This document shows, piece after piece, positions 50,645 through 61,398 of a stretch of DNA of 64,000 nucleotides. A program made the position numbers and the translations under genes. Each line of letters begins with the position of its first letter. The first letter of the stretch is position 1. The notes below the pieces were generated by a model. It searched no databases. It was not told where the DNA came from and worked only from the letters and a program-made list of their open reading frames with translations. The stretch is from Candidatus Latescibacterota bacterium (lineage in GTDB: Bacteria > Latescibacterota > UBA2968 > SICM01), in assembly GCA_965217865.1 (NCBI GenBank), contig CBDCJO010000002.1, positions 5,184,001 through 5,248,000 on the forward strand, written 5' to 3'.

Positions 50645-52105
50645 ATGCCTTCGGACCATCGTGACTTATCACGTATCGATGAGATGCTGAAAACACACGA
50701 GGCACAGGCACTCTCCTGGTCCATTGCTGCTCGGATGCTCTTTTTCGGCTTGTTTGCAGGTCTTGTGATTCTCCATCTGATTGGTCTACTGCGTCCTGGT
50801 ATCGTCGCAGAGAGCGAAACAGGCGCTTTATGGATCCTGGGAATCCAACTCGCTGTACTCGGTATTCTTAGTTGCCTGGTCAGACTTGCACGGCGTGAGC
50901 AGCACCTCACCTATGTCGGTATTGGCTCCGTCTTAATTGACATCACAGCCCTTTCAGGGCTAGTGATTCTTTGGGCTGTAACGATCGATACACCTGATGG
51001 CACCGATGCGTTTCTCATGAAGAATGAAGTATTCAGTATTGCAATCGTTGCGATCGTGGTTAGTGCCATCGCGCTCCGGCCGCTATACCCGGTCCTGAGT
51101 TCAGCAGGATTCATTTTGCTTCACCTGGGAATCATGATTTACGTACTTTCTGACGACCAAGTTGTAACCACCGATCAATTTATGGACCACTTTTATGGCG
51201 GCGCAGTCAATCCTGGTATATTTATCGTGCGTATTATCATGCTGGGAATTGTGGGTCTATTTCTGGCGGGCATCGCTCGATGGGCACAAAAGATCATCCA
51301 GGATGCAGTTGATTTGGAGATTTCTAACTTTGAAATCAAGGAGCAACAGGCTCAACTCGTCCACGATGGCAAAATGGCGGCAATGAGCGGGCTTGTGGCG
51401 GGTGTCGCGCACGAAGTCAATAATCCCCTTGGCGTCGTTAAAAGCAGTTTGGAAACCTCGGGAAGATGCGCCTCAAAGCTGTCTGAGGAATTAGCCGTCT
51501 CTTCCGACGGATCAAAAATAAATCGAATACTTAAGGTTTTGAAGGACAATAGCTATGTTGCAGGCCAGGCAGTCGAACGAATCGCCAATTTGGTTAATTC
51601 TATGAAAGATTTCGCCCGCCTCGACGAGGCTGAGGTTCAGCTTGCTGACCTACGAACGGGGTTGGATACTACACTTTCTCTTATCGAGCCTGAAAAAAAA
51701 GGGAATGTAGAGGTTGTAAAGAAATATGGAGAAATACCTCAGATCGAATGCAGGCCTAAGGAACTCAACCAGGTCTTCATGACCATCATAGTAAACGCCT
51801 TTGAGGCCATGGGTGGACAAGGAACGGTTCACATTTCTGCTACAACAGTTGACGATCATGTCACCATTGAAATTGCTGACACCGGCCCCGGTATTCCGGA
51901 TAACAAAATATCTGATTTATTCGAAATTGGGTTTGCCGCCAGCAAAGGCAGGATGTCGATGGGACTGGGGTTGCCCATGGCGTATAGAATTATAAAGCGT
52001 CACGGTGGGGAACTATCGGTTCACAGTAAATTAGACGAGGGCACATCCTTTAAAATCTCATTACCGGTTAATCGATTGACTGTTGGGTTAAGACTAAGAG
52101 CCTAA
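50645..52105 (+). CDS. Membrane sensor histidine kinase (NtrB-like)
   Basis: Multiple TMs; AHEVNNPL, LNQVFM...NA, DTGPG, GLGL. Confidence 0.92.
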   Translation: MPSDHRDLSRIDEMLKTHEAQALSWSIAARMLFFGLFAGLVILHLIGLLRPGIVAESETGALWILGIQLAVLGILSCLVRLARREQHLTYVGIGSVLIDITALSGLVILWAVTIDTPDGTDAFLMKNEVFSIAIVAIVVSAIALRPLYPVLSSAGFILLHLGIMIYVLSDDQVVTTDQFMDHFYGGAVNPGIFIVRIIMLGIVGLFLAGIARWAQKIIQDAVDLEISNFEIKEQQAQLVHDGKMAAMSGLVAGVAHEVNNPLGVVKSSLETSGRCASKLSEELAVSSDGSKINRILKVLKDNSYVAGQAVERIANLVNSMKDFARLDEAEVQLADLRTGLDTTLSLIEPEKKGNVEVVKKYGEIPQIECRPKELNQVFMTIIVNAFEAMGGQGTVHISATTVDDHVTIEIADTGPGIPDNKISDLFEIGFAASKGRMSMGLGLPMAYRIIKRHGGELSVHSKLDEGTSFKISLPVNRLTVGLRLRA

Positions 52106-52117
52106 GGAGGGACGACT

Positions 52118-52789
52118 ATGCAAATCGAAAAAGCAACCTCGTCCGCAATTACAGAACTCTGGGCAGAAGTGGAACCATGCGTAGAACAATCGACCTACCT
52201 GGAGGAAGCCGCTCAGGAACTGGCCACTGCGCTCTATACACAGTTCGAGGAGTCGATTGTTATCGCCAGAGTCTTTGTGACTGTTCCCTTCGACGGTTTG
52301 CCGACGAAGAACAAGGAATTTGTTCAGAAACTGGCTGAGTCGGCCGACACACCTTCCGATTTGAAGGGGACCACGCCAGTGCTCTCGCTCATTGGAACCC
52401 ACGGCCAAGAGGAAGATTGGTGTGACCGCCGTAAGTCCAAGGGCCATTTAGGCATTCCGTTGATTTCCTCGGCTTTTGTCAGAGCCATTCCGATGATCTC
52501 CCGTCTGCTCAGGGAGTTGGGCATACCCCTGGACTGGGTTGACAGCCACGAATCAGAATTCATTGTAGAAACCATCGGCCGGACGGTGGGATTGTTTTTC
52601 GTAGAGAACGCTGCCGAAGCCATAGATGACGAAGGCAGGAGTATCATTACGGCACAAGATTTCGTTTCCTCCCATAAGGTGAAAAGCGTTTTCGGCACAG
52701 GAGGAGCCTACTCTAGCGGCCAGATGCTCGTCATCATTGCATTTTGCCGTAATGCCATTTCACGCGCCACTGGTGGGTGTGGGTCGTAG
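52118..52789 (+). pseudogene. Hypothetical signalling-associated protein, truncated at about 52768
   Basis: SD AAGGAGG; last codons overlap the convergent sulfatase fragment. Confidence 0.55.
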
Positions 52790-53367
52790 ATGTTCACGCT
52801 GGCCAGCCAGGGCCCTTCCCGATCCTCCCGGATAAACTCGATGGTCTTCTCTGCGCACCAGGTGGTTTGGTGGAGTTCGGCCGGCACCCCGTCAATGCTC
52901 TTCGTCAGCTCCCCCAGGATCTCTCCCTTTGAACGTACCCAATCAGCATAGTCGTGACCGGTTTCCCAGTCGTCTCTTGGGGCATGGCTGAACTGCCAGT
53001 ATCGGTAGCCGTCATTCACTCGGGGTTCCACTTGGTTGTACACACTCGCCAGGTGGAGCTTCCCGATCAGTCCACAGTCGTAGCCGGTATCGGCCAGCAC
53101 CCGGGTTACGAGAGGAGGTGAATCCGGAAACGATTCGTTGCCGTTTCCGTTCACGTGGACAGCACTTGCGTACATCCCGGTGAGAAAGCTTGCCCGGCTG
53201 GGTGTGCAGATCGGACTCTGACAATAGGCTCGTGTGAAGGCCACCCCATCCGCCACAAGACGATCCACGTGCGGTGTAGAGGTATGGGGGTTGCCCAGGG
53301 ATGCGATCGTATCATACCGCTGTTGATCCGTGCAGATCCACAGGATATTCGGTCTTGATCCCCGCAT
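52768..53367 (-). pseudogene. Sulfatase, N-terminal ~200 aa only
   Basis: RPNILWICTDQQR, CTPSRAS, GKLH, DPHPP then breaks. Confidence 0.85.
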
Positions 53368-53398
53368 ACGTGGTTATCCTCAATGATTGATTGGCCGC

Positions 53399-54025
53399 TC
53401 AATCGGAAATATCAATGCCGTTCAAAAAATCCATTAGTTCTGTCTTATAATGATCAAATAAATCCTGTTCGGTTAAAGCCATGGCCTGGAAAGTACCGGC
53501 TTCACCGGTATAATAGTAACCCACAAAGATATACCTGATCAAATTCATTTCGACTCTGGTTTTCAAGAATAAAACCTCAACGCCATTCACCAACCTATTT
53601 TCTTCGCGAAGAACCTCCACGTCTGTTGCAGCGGCTTCCATACTGCTTAACACAACATTTCTGAGCGCCTTGGCAGGCAAACGGACTTTTTCTGCGATGA
53701 GAATCACATGAGCGCCCTCATCTTTGTAAATCAGATTTAACTTATTCGGATCATCCGTTATCTTTTTCTTCCATTTTCTTTTATTGATCCAAACTTTGAA
53801 GTTCTTAATATTCGTCTCTATGAGCTTTTTGGATGATTTTGGCTTTTTGAACTTTTTTAACTTTTTGGGGGGTTCGGATTCTTTGGTTTCATCCGCTGCG
53901 AATAGGGGAGAGGTAATTGGTCCGCTGAATACGAGCACGAGGCATAGAACGATTGAACGCGGGGTAATGATATCTCTCTTTTTAATAGCAGGGCATTTCA
54001 TTGATTCGTCCAGTGAATGACACAA
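53399..54025 (-). CDS. Hypothetical exported protein
   Basis: Signal-like hydrophobic segment; start uncertain. Confidence 0.6.
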   Translation of the reverse strand: MCHSLDESMKCPAIKKRDIITPRSIVLCLVLVFSGPITSPLFAADETKESEPPKKLKKFKKPKSSKKLIETNIKNFKVWINKRKWKKKITDDPNKLNLIYKDEGAHVILIAEKVRLPAKALRNVVLSSMEAAATDVEVLREENRLVNGVEVLFLKTRVEMNLIRYIFVGYYYTGEAGTFQAMALTEQDLFDHYKTELMDFLNGIDISD

Positions 54026-54178
54026 TTTAATGTAGCTAACAACAAAAAAGCCGCATCTCCCCGTGCAGCTAATTGTTACCCAATTATTCTTTTATTCATG
54101 CACCCGTAGGGTCTTCAGGACCGGGGAGGCATAGACCTCGATCGGGCGGGCTTCCCACAACCTGGATGGCCAACAGCT

Positions 54179-56026
54179 TTAATTATCATCCTCACGCTCA
54201 CTCAGCATCTCCCCGCGCTGCAGACGCTCCGCATTCTCGGTGGACCACAGAATTCCCTTCATCACCTTCTGGGCGGTAATATACCGGGTCGCGGCGAGAA
54301 GGTGCATTCGCTTCTCCTCGGGATCGTTCGTCAGGTCGAAGTGCCGGAAGGCCACCTCCAGAACCTGGAACATGTGCAGCTCCGCATCTTCGCGCAGCAT
54401 CACGTGGGCAAGGGCATGTCTGAGTTTTGTGATGTCGTGCCCTTCTTCCAGGTAATGGCTCACCAGGACTTCAGACTCGAAGACTTTCTGGAAATCCGCG
54501 AATTCCTGAAGCCTGTCGAGCATCTCGTCCTCGGAAGCGAAGGTCTCATTCAGCCTTTGTCCCGGTTTCGGAAGCCTGGCTGCCGGCATGTTAAGCCAGC
54601 GCAGATAGTTCATGAACACGGCACCGTGGAAGATGCCGCGCAGGAGTTCCTTGCTGGGAGAAAGGTGGAACGCGCGGTAGAGGGCGTGCGCATATGAATA
54701 GATATTGGCCACATCGTGCCAGTCCCCCTCATTCTTCAGGTGGAACCGCGCCGTACGGATGGCGCCCGCATAACACATCGCCCTGCAGATATCCGTGGCC
54801 TTCACACCCGCTTTCAGCTTTGTCTCAATCTCGGCGACAACAGGATTGAAATCCTCCCCCAGGAGGGTCTGTGTAAAAGCCGGAATGTCCAGCGGTGCGT
54901 CGTTCGCCTGATTCGCTTCCCAGATTTCGTCCAGCCTTGTGAAGGTTTCTTCCAGGACCGGCACGCTGTCTTCCCACCGTGCGGTCTCCTCGTGCCGCAC
55001 CCTGTTTACCAGATCAACCACGATCGGCCGCAAAATCTCGTTGGCCCCTTCCCAGTTCACATAGTCCAGGGCCTCGAACGTCTTGTTTGCGAAATCGAGC
55101 GTATGGCCGTCTCCGGTAAAATAGAAATCCGTCGCCGCGCTGAAGACGAAATCCGCAACCACCTCCCGCGGATAATCGCGATCGGCAAGCGTAATCAGGA
55201 CACGCTGGGCCGCGTTGCTGGTGCGGTGATCCACCAGGCGGCGAAACCAGCGTTTCAAAGTCTCCAAATCCGGTTCGTCCGGCGTCCTGGGAAGGGGGAA
55301 TCCCTGCCGGCGTGAGCTTCCCGACGTCCTGCGGGCAATCTGCGTCAATCCGTGGACCAGGAAGAGATTGTGGTCCTTTTCGTCCACATCGTCCCACATA
55401 TTCGAAGCCAGGGTAAGGATGGCCAACCCCGATGACCAGCCTTCACTGGATTTATAAGCGCCGTAAAAAAGTCCCTGTTGGATGATCTCCTGTGGCGTTG
55501 CGCCGGCATGTCTCAACGCGGCGATCGCCTTCGCTATCAGGAGGGAGCTGCGGTCTTTCATGCCCTGTTCAAGGATATACTTTCCCCGGTCGATCAGGCG
55601 GCGTTTGGCCGCTTCTTTTTCACCCGGCTCAAATCCCACATAAAGATTTCCGTCATCCCGGACCTCCACCGGAAAGCTCTTCAGGTCGTTTCCGGCCCCG
55701 GAGGTTATGAAGCAGCCGCCTGTCTTCAGGTCGAACTCCCAGTGGTGCCAATGACAGATCAGGATGCCGTCTCGAATGGTTCCCCTGGACATCGGATATC
55801 CCATATGCGGACAGCGGTTGTCCACCGCGTTAAACTTCCCTTCATATTGGAAAACGGCGATGTGGGTGCCGTCTACGGTGAACGGTCTTCCTATGCCTTC
55901 TTCAAATTCATCGGCGGGGCATAATTTATGAAACTCCAGGTTATCCTGGGCCGCTTCCGGAGAAAGATCCAGGCCTTTATCCCCGTCCAGGCCTCTATCC
56001 TGGACATTCTGGGTGGCAGTAGCCAT
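54179..56026 (-). CDS. Rieske [2Fe-2S] domain protein with long helical C-terminal region
   Basis: CPHMG...CHWH; SD GAGGAG. Confidence 0.9.
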   Translation of the reverse strand: MATATQNVQDRGLDGDKGLDLSPEAAQDNLEFHKLCPADEFEEGIGRPFTVDGTHIAVFQYEGKFNAVDNRCPHMGYPMSRGTIRDGILICHWHHWEFDLKTGGCFITSGAGNDLKSFPVEVRDDGNLYVGFEPGEKEAAKRRLIDRGKYILEQGMKDRSSLLIAKAIAALRHAGATPQEIIQQGLFYGAYKSSEGWSSGLAILTLASNMWDDVDEKDHNLFLVHGLTQIARRTSGSSRRQGFPLPRTPDEPDLETLKRWFRRLVDHRTSNAAQRVLITLADRDYPREVVADFVFSAATDFYFTGDGHTLDFANKTFEALDYVNWEGANEILRPIVVDLVNRVRHEETARWEDSVPVLEETFTRLDEIWEANQANDAPLDIPAFTQTLLGEDFNPVVAEIETKLKAGVKATDICRAMCYAGAIRTARFHLKNEGDWHDVANIYSYAHALYRAFHLSPSKELLRGIFHGAVFMNYLRWLNMPAARLPKPGQRLNETFASEDEMLDRLQEFADFQKVFESEVLVSHYLEEGHDITKLRHALAHVMLREDAELHMFQVLEVAFRHFDLTNDPEEKRMHLLAATRYITAQKVMKGILWSTENAERLQRGEMLSEREDDN

Positions 56027-56289
56027 AACTATATCTCCTCAGACAAAAACCGCACCTCTCCGGATGCGGTTTGTCGTCTGCAACGTCTATGATCGAAGGC
56101 ATCCATCTTCTTTCCCAGGATCCGATCTCGATTCGTGTACACGTTCAAATGTAATGGAGGATATGAGGGTTGTCAAGGGGATTCAGTGAAGCGGGAATTG
56201 AGAAGAGATATCAGGGATTAAATCCCAGAGCTTAAGGTTTTATCCCCGCCTATCGCGGGCTTCGCTTCCACTCAGACGCAACCAAATAG

Positions 56290-56442
56290 ATCTACGAGGC
56301 GCTTCGGTTGTACCGCACGTTTGGAATTGTGAATACGTATTCACAATTGGGTTGGAGCCACTACCGGGTGCTGTTAGGAGTGCCTTCGGCCCGGGTGCTG
56401 AAGGAGGGTTCAAGTAGAGGAGTGGATCAAACAATTCCTTGA
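56290..56442 (+). pseudogene. DUF1016/YhcG N-terminal remnant
   Basis: LRLYRTF...SQLGWSHYRVLL. Confidence 0.55.
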
Positions 56443-56484
56443 CATTTCCCCTTACAAAATAATATATTACGAATCATTTGAATA

Positions 56485-56507
56485 GGTCAAATCCGGCCAG
56501 CCCGACA
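56485..56507 (+). other. att-like copy of tRNA-Pro 3' end
   Basis: GGTCAAATCCGGCCAGCCCGAC versus GGTTCAAATCCGGCCGGCCCGA of tRNA-Pro(GGG). Confidence 0.65.
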
Positions 56508-56533
56508 AGAAAGTTCGATTCTAAACATGGATT

Positions 56534-56610
56534 CGGGGCGTAGCGCAGTCCGGTAGCGCACTTGCTTCGGGAGCAAGGGGTCGCCGGTTCAAATCCGGCC
56601 GCCCCGACCA
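56534..56610 (+). tRNA. tRNA-Pro(CGG)
   Basis: CGGGGCG/CGCCCCG acceptor, CTTGC-TTCGGGA-GCAAG, encoded CCA. Confidence 0.96.
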
Positions 56611-56621
56611 GAATAACTTAC

Positions 56622-56673
56622 ACGGGCAGAAGGAATTACGGAGATTCATTTCTCCGTCCTTCTGCCCGTTTTT
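56622..56673 (+). terminator. Intrinsic terminator after tRNA-Pro
   Basis: ACGGGCAGAAGGA...TCCTTCTGCCCG-T6. Confidence 0.85.
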
Positions 56674-57217
56674 TGTTGCCATCTAACAGCCATCTAATGG
56701 AGGTGAAATTTCTGTCAAGTCGGGACCACTTGTCACCCCCTGAACTTTTGCCTACCTTCTGGGGTGTGTCCCGTTTTGGTGCAGGCTGTTTTGGCTAAAT
56801 TCATTGGACTGAAATAGAGTGGACTTAATTCGGGTAAATTTATCTTGATTCAATTTAGAGCCGGAGGGGGCCATGCTAGATGCGATGTCTAATCCGAAAG
56901 AAATTGTTAAACACCTTGAAAAATACGATGGATTCGATGATCGGGAAGGGCTAAAGGTGTCGGGGGCATGCCTCTGGGAAGAAGTGGAAGATTGGTTCGT
57001 GGTATACACTCTAATCATCTATGGACATTTCGAAATGCGTCAAGTATATTCGGCTGCGACGCGAAAATTTATGCGAAAAAAATTATTAACAAGAGATATT
57101 AGCACAATCAAATTTATGTACGTCTTCCTTTTCAAGGAATTGTGTGCTGTCATCGAAATTCTTCACCTCTTTCGGAGGGGTATTCCGATAAGGACGCTTT
57201 TAAAATAAAGGGACGCA

Positions 57218-58020
57218 ATGCAAAACATCACCAGTCTGACGTTGCTGATCTTGGTTCTATTCATCGGGACCGCATTTTCACAGGAGGTCACCGGGAACCT
57301 CGAAGGGCGGGTCTTGATCGCGCCGGGAGAGACTCTGACCGGCGTGAACATCACCATCCGGGGCGCGAGCCTTCAGGGGGTGCGAAGCGCGATAAGCCAT
57401 GACCGGGGTTACTTCCGCATCCTGGCTCTGCCGGTGGGTCTATATTCCGTCAAACTGAGTCACGCTGCCTATCAGGAGGTGACTTACGAGAACGTCTCGA
57501 TTCGCCTGGGGAAGACTAGAAATCTCGGGGAGATCCTTCTCACGGAGAGGATTGTGGGGATGCCGGAAGTCGTGGTCAACGGGGAGCGGCCACTGATCGA
57601 CCCGACGAGCACAACCATTGGAGCGAATTTCAGGACGGAAGTCCTTCAGACCCTGCCCCTTCAGCGCGATTACGCCTCCGTGGTCGTCCTGACGCCTCAG
57701 GCCAACGCGGGGAGCCATCCCGACGACGGGGTCAACGTCGGCGGCGCTTCCGGATGGGACAATACCTTCTACATCGACGGCATTCACGTCACGGACCCGG
57801 CGCAGGGAAACACAGGCACGGCTCTGCCCTACAACTTTATCCAGGAGGTCGAGGTCAAGACCGGCGGCTACCAGGCCGAGTTCGGGCGGACGCTGGGCGG
57901 GATCGTCAACGTGGTCACGCGGACGGGTTCGAATAAATTCGAGGCACAAGCCTTCGGTTTCCTGACGAACAGCGGGTTGACCGGGGAGAGGCGGGGCACG
58001 CCCGGGGGAACGCGCATCCA
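57218..58020 (+). pseudogene. TonB-dependent (Oar-like) receptor, N-terminal part only
   Basis: QEVTGNLEGRV, N.FYIDG, KTGGYQAEFGRTLGGIVNVVTRTG; barrel missing. Confidence 0.85.
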
Positions 58021-58106
58021 AAGCTTTTGCTCTTCCTGCCGCCTGCTATTGTCCTTTTCCCTGACCCTGATCTTGCCTTTCCCTGATCTCCGACCTCTGA
58101 CATCCG

Positions 58107-59891
58107 TTATTTGGCAAATATCATCTTCCTTAACGCCACCTTCGCTCCAGCCTCCAACCGATAGATATACAGCCCGCTCGCGACGAGCTTTCCGGAGGCG
58201 TCACGGCCATCCCAATTCACGTTGTAGCGTCCAGCTGACTGATTCGCACTGACCAGCACCCTAACGGCCTGCCCAAGGGTGTTGTGGATCTTCAGCCGGA
58301 CCTCGGATGAGTGGTCGAGCGTATAGCGGATTGTTGTGGACGGGTTGAACGGGTTGGGGGAGTTCTGGAATAACCTGAAGGAAAGGTTCTCGGGTGCCAG
58401 TCCAAACCGTACGCCCAGAGGCCCATCGAAAGCATCGCGATCGTCACCCAGGATCAGGTTCTCGCTACCAACCCCAACACCCGCAACTGGTTTTGGGGCC
58501 TTCCCCTTGTCGTGGGTGACGGCGATCTCTTCATTGGCCGTCGTTTTATTGCCTGAGGCATCCTTGGCCGTCACGGTGATCGAGTAGACCCGACCGTCTC
58601 CCTTTCCATCCCTTTCCGCCCGGAGCTCGAGCTGTTCCCCCGGTTTCCAGGGAACCTCAGGGACATCATTGGAACTGAGCAGAATGCCTCCACCGGTTGT
58701 CATGACCTTGATGTCACCGGTGGTGTTCCCATCCCCGTTTCCCTTGGCTTCGTCCGGCTCGCTGCTGACCACCACCGCAGAAATTGCCGGGGAGAGATCG
58801 CAGGCATCGTTGGCCGTGATCGTAAGTGTGATCGTGTGATACTTGTGATTGGGCGGCCAGAGGGACGAGGGACTGGCCGAGACCGACAGGGTCGGCGGCG
58901 TCACATCTTTTACCGTCACCGTGGCCGGGCAGGACGCGCTGGCGCCGTTATCATCGGTGACTGTGAGGGTAACGGTCTGGGGTCCCAGGTCATCACAGTC
59001 GAAGGTGGTTCTGTCGAGACTCAGGGTAATCGGGTCTCCATCGGGATCGGAGGAACCGTCATCGACCTGGGCAGGAGCGAGTGTGGCCTGTCCTGAGGCG
59101 TCAAGATCCAGGTCGATGTCCTTACAGCGGACAATTGGCGGCGAGTTGAAAGTTAGCGACGCGATCGCCACCCTGTGGGGCTGGCGTCCGACCCGCACGG
59201 TGGCAACGACAGTTTTCGTCCCTGTGTCGATCACCGAGACAGTTCCGGAGCCGGAATTCGTCACATATGCCAGGTTTCCATCGGGAGTGAACGCCAATCC
59301 ACGTGGGGCAAATCCGACCCGTACCCTGGCAACTATGGTGTTCGTCCCTGTGTCGATCACTGAGACATTGTTGAAGGAGAATTCCGTCACATATGCTAAG
59401 GTCCCATCCGGTGTGATCGCAACCGCAATTGGGGATCTTCCGACCCGCACGGTGGCGACGACGGTGTTCGTTCCTGTATTGATCACCGCAACAGCTCCTC
59501 GGCTCCTTTGATTCACCACATATACACGGGTGCCGTCCGGCGTGATCGCTACCCCTTGTGGGAGTCTTGGAACGGGCACGGTGGCAACGACCGTGTTCGT
59601 CTCCGTGTCGATCACCGAGACAAATCCGGAGCTGATGGTTCCTCGCGTCACATAAGCCCGTGTCCCATCCGGCGTAATTGCCACCCCAATTGGGTGTCTT
59701 CCCACTCGAAAGGAGGCAACCACAGTGTTGGTCCCTGTGTTAATCACCGAGACACCTCCGGGATCGCCACCGCCGACGCCGAAATTCGTTACGTAGGCGA
59801 CGACTTGAGCCTCGGCAGGGATAGAACTCAGTAGCATCCCAACCGAGAGCAGGGCTACAAATAGAAGCGAGGATAACATGCTTTTTCTCAT
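58107..59891 (-). CDS. Secreted YVTN beta-propeller + HYR/Ig-like + FlgD-Ig C-terminal domain protein
   Basis: AITPDG..AYVT repeats, LWPPNHK, QNSPNPFNPSTTIRY...WDGRD...ASGLYIYRL. Confidence 0.9.
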   Translation of the reverse strand: MRKSMLSSLLFVALLSVGMLLSSIPAEAQVVAYVTNFGVGGGDPGGVSVINTGTNTVVASFRVGRHPIGVAITPDGTRAYVTRGTISSGFVSVIDTETNTVVATVPVPRLPQGVAITPDGTRVYVVNQRSRGAVAVINTGTNTVVATVRVGRSPIAVAITPDGTLAYVTEFSFNNVSVIDTGTNTIVARVRVGFAPRGLAFTPDGNLAYVTNSGSGTVSVIDTGTKTVVATVRVGRQPHRVAIASLTFNSPPIVRCKDIDLDLDASGQATLAPAQVDDGSSDPDGDPITLSLDRTTFDCDDLGPQTVTLTVTDDNGASASCPATVTVKDVTPPTLSVSASPSSLWPPNHKYHTITLTITANDACDLSPAISAVVVSSEPDEAKGNGDGNTTGDIKVMTTGGGILLSSNDVPEVPWKPGEQLELRAERDGKGDGRVYSITVTAKDASGNKTTANEEIAVTHDKGKAPKPVAGVGVGSENLILGDDRDAFDGPLGVRFGLAPENLSFRLFQNSPNPFNPSTTIRYTLDHSSEVRLKIHNTLGQAVRVLVSANQSAGRYNVNWDGRDASGKLVASGLYIYRLEAGAKVALRKMIFAK

Positions 59892-60090
59892 GGCATACCT
59901 CCTGTGTATGGCAAGCGGCAAACGTAATAATATGCTTTCCTTTTTACGGCTTCCGTTTCATGTCCGCCGGCTCAAGTTTCCAGGCAGAGCCACAGTCTCA
60001 TGCATAGCGTCCCTGTCCAACCGGTGCAGTCTTCGACCGGCTGGACAGGGCTGAAGTCTAAGGAATCGCTCCGTCGGCAATGCGCTACGG

Positions 60091-60759
60091 CTATTGCGTG
60101 CGATCGACTTTTATGCTGTTCCCGGCGCCAAATGGGCCATCTCCGGTGCAGGAGATTTTCCTGTTCTGACCCTTGCCTGATGTATTCATCTCCCAGGAAG
60201 TAAGCGTTAGGGTGTTGCTTTCGCCTACTGGATCAGGCGGCCACGGCTTTCCTGGCTCAAAGGTTCCGAACATATCGAGCTGGTAGTTGATATCCGGCGT
60301 CTCGTCATTCCCAAAAGCCGTGAAGAAGAACTGAACATACGCTTGCTCGGGGGCTTTCTTCTGCGGCTGACTGATGATCATGGCGCCGATGAAGATGGAG
60401 CTGCCGGTGATGGGGTCTTTGAAGCAGATTTCTCCATCGATTTGTGGTGTCTTCGGATCGTCCATCGCGGTGAAGAAACTCAGATCCAGCGGCATATCAA
60501 AGAACCCCCCGATATTCTTACTGCCATTCGTAATCTCATTATTTATTGGGGCGCCCCCAATCACATTCCCTTCAATGATCACGGTCACGTCGAACGTGGC
60601 CTGCACTTTGCCTCCTCCGCCGTTTCCTCCTTTACCCGGTTTCGTTGCAAACCCCGGATTCTCTGGTCCCGTGAGCGGAGCCGATAACTGCCCCTGACAA
60701 CTCCACATAAAAGCAGCACAGAAAAGGACCAATGGAATGATGAAGAAATTGCGTTTCAT
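60091..60759 (-). CDS. Hypothetical lipoprotein
   Basis: Signal peptide with lipobox-like MWSC; SD GAAGGAGG. Confidence 0.7.
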   Translation of the reverse strand: MKRNFFIIPLVLFCAAFMWSCQGQLSAPLTGPENPGFATKPGKGGNGGGGKVQATFDVTVIIEGNVIGGAPINNEITNGSKNIGGFFDMPLDLSFFTAMDDPKTPQIDGEICFKDPITGSSIFIGAMIISQPQKKAPEQAYVQFFFTAFGNDETPDINYQLDMFGTFEPGKPWPPDPVGESNTLTLTSWEMNTSGKGQNRKISCTGDGPFGAGNSIKVDRTQ

Positions 60760-60859
60760 CTGTTTACCCTCCTTCTTGGGGTTATGATGCTCCCACGAAA
60801 CTCGTGATTTACACTACGGATGATCCCGCATATCTGAACGCTTACGTCTAAAGGAGCGT

Positions 60860-60875
60860 TGCAAAAGGAATGCCA
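60860..60875 (-). promoter_or_regulatory. Sigma-54 promoter
   Basis: Minus strand TGGCAT-TCCTT-TTGCA; repeated TGCTACAAA boxes upstream. Confidence 0.7.
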
Positions 60876-61049
60876 GATGTCATAAATGATTGTAAGTAAT
60901 TGTTCTATAATGTGATAGACGGAAAATCGCTATGTACTCATAAGCTAAGTCTGTGCTACAAAATAAAGCATGAGTGCTACAAATCGTCGCACTTGTCACA
61001 CTCGAATGCTCTGTGTCGCAGATCCCTGGCCATCTACATCACAGGTTTG

Positions 61050-61096
61050 GCTTCAGGAGCAAGGGGTCGTTGGTTCAAATCCGGCCACCCCGACCA
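61050..61096 (+). other. Degenerate 3' half of tRNA-Pro(CGG), att-like scar
   Basis: GCTTCAGGAGCAAGGGGTCGTTGGTTCAAATCCGGCCACCCCGACCA. Confidence 0.85.
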
Positions 61097-61398
61097 GCAA
61101 ACAAAAACGGGCAGAGTAAGTTATGGGAAATCAATTCCTGCTGATCCTAGTTTTTTTTGGAATCTTGTGAATCTAAGGAATATCTAATCTCCGTGCGAAG
61201 TTTGCGAGGGTGCAAGCAGGACGATACTGGATCGATCACCGTGTCGCGCACTGTCCTGGCATAAACAGGCATGGACAGTGCGCAGGTTGTGTTTGCCGCA
61301 ACAACCGGTAGCATCTGAAAACATCTTCCGAAATGGTTGACAAATCCCGTGAAGGATTTTGTATATTTGGTCAGCTACACCCAACGGAGGAGGGCGTG

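Noticed and set aside
56873-57208. 111-aa ORF after tRNA-Pro
   Set aside because: No recognisable motif, AT-rich 3' half; cannot support as a gene
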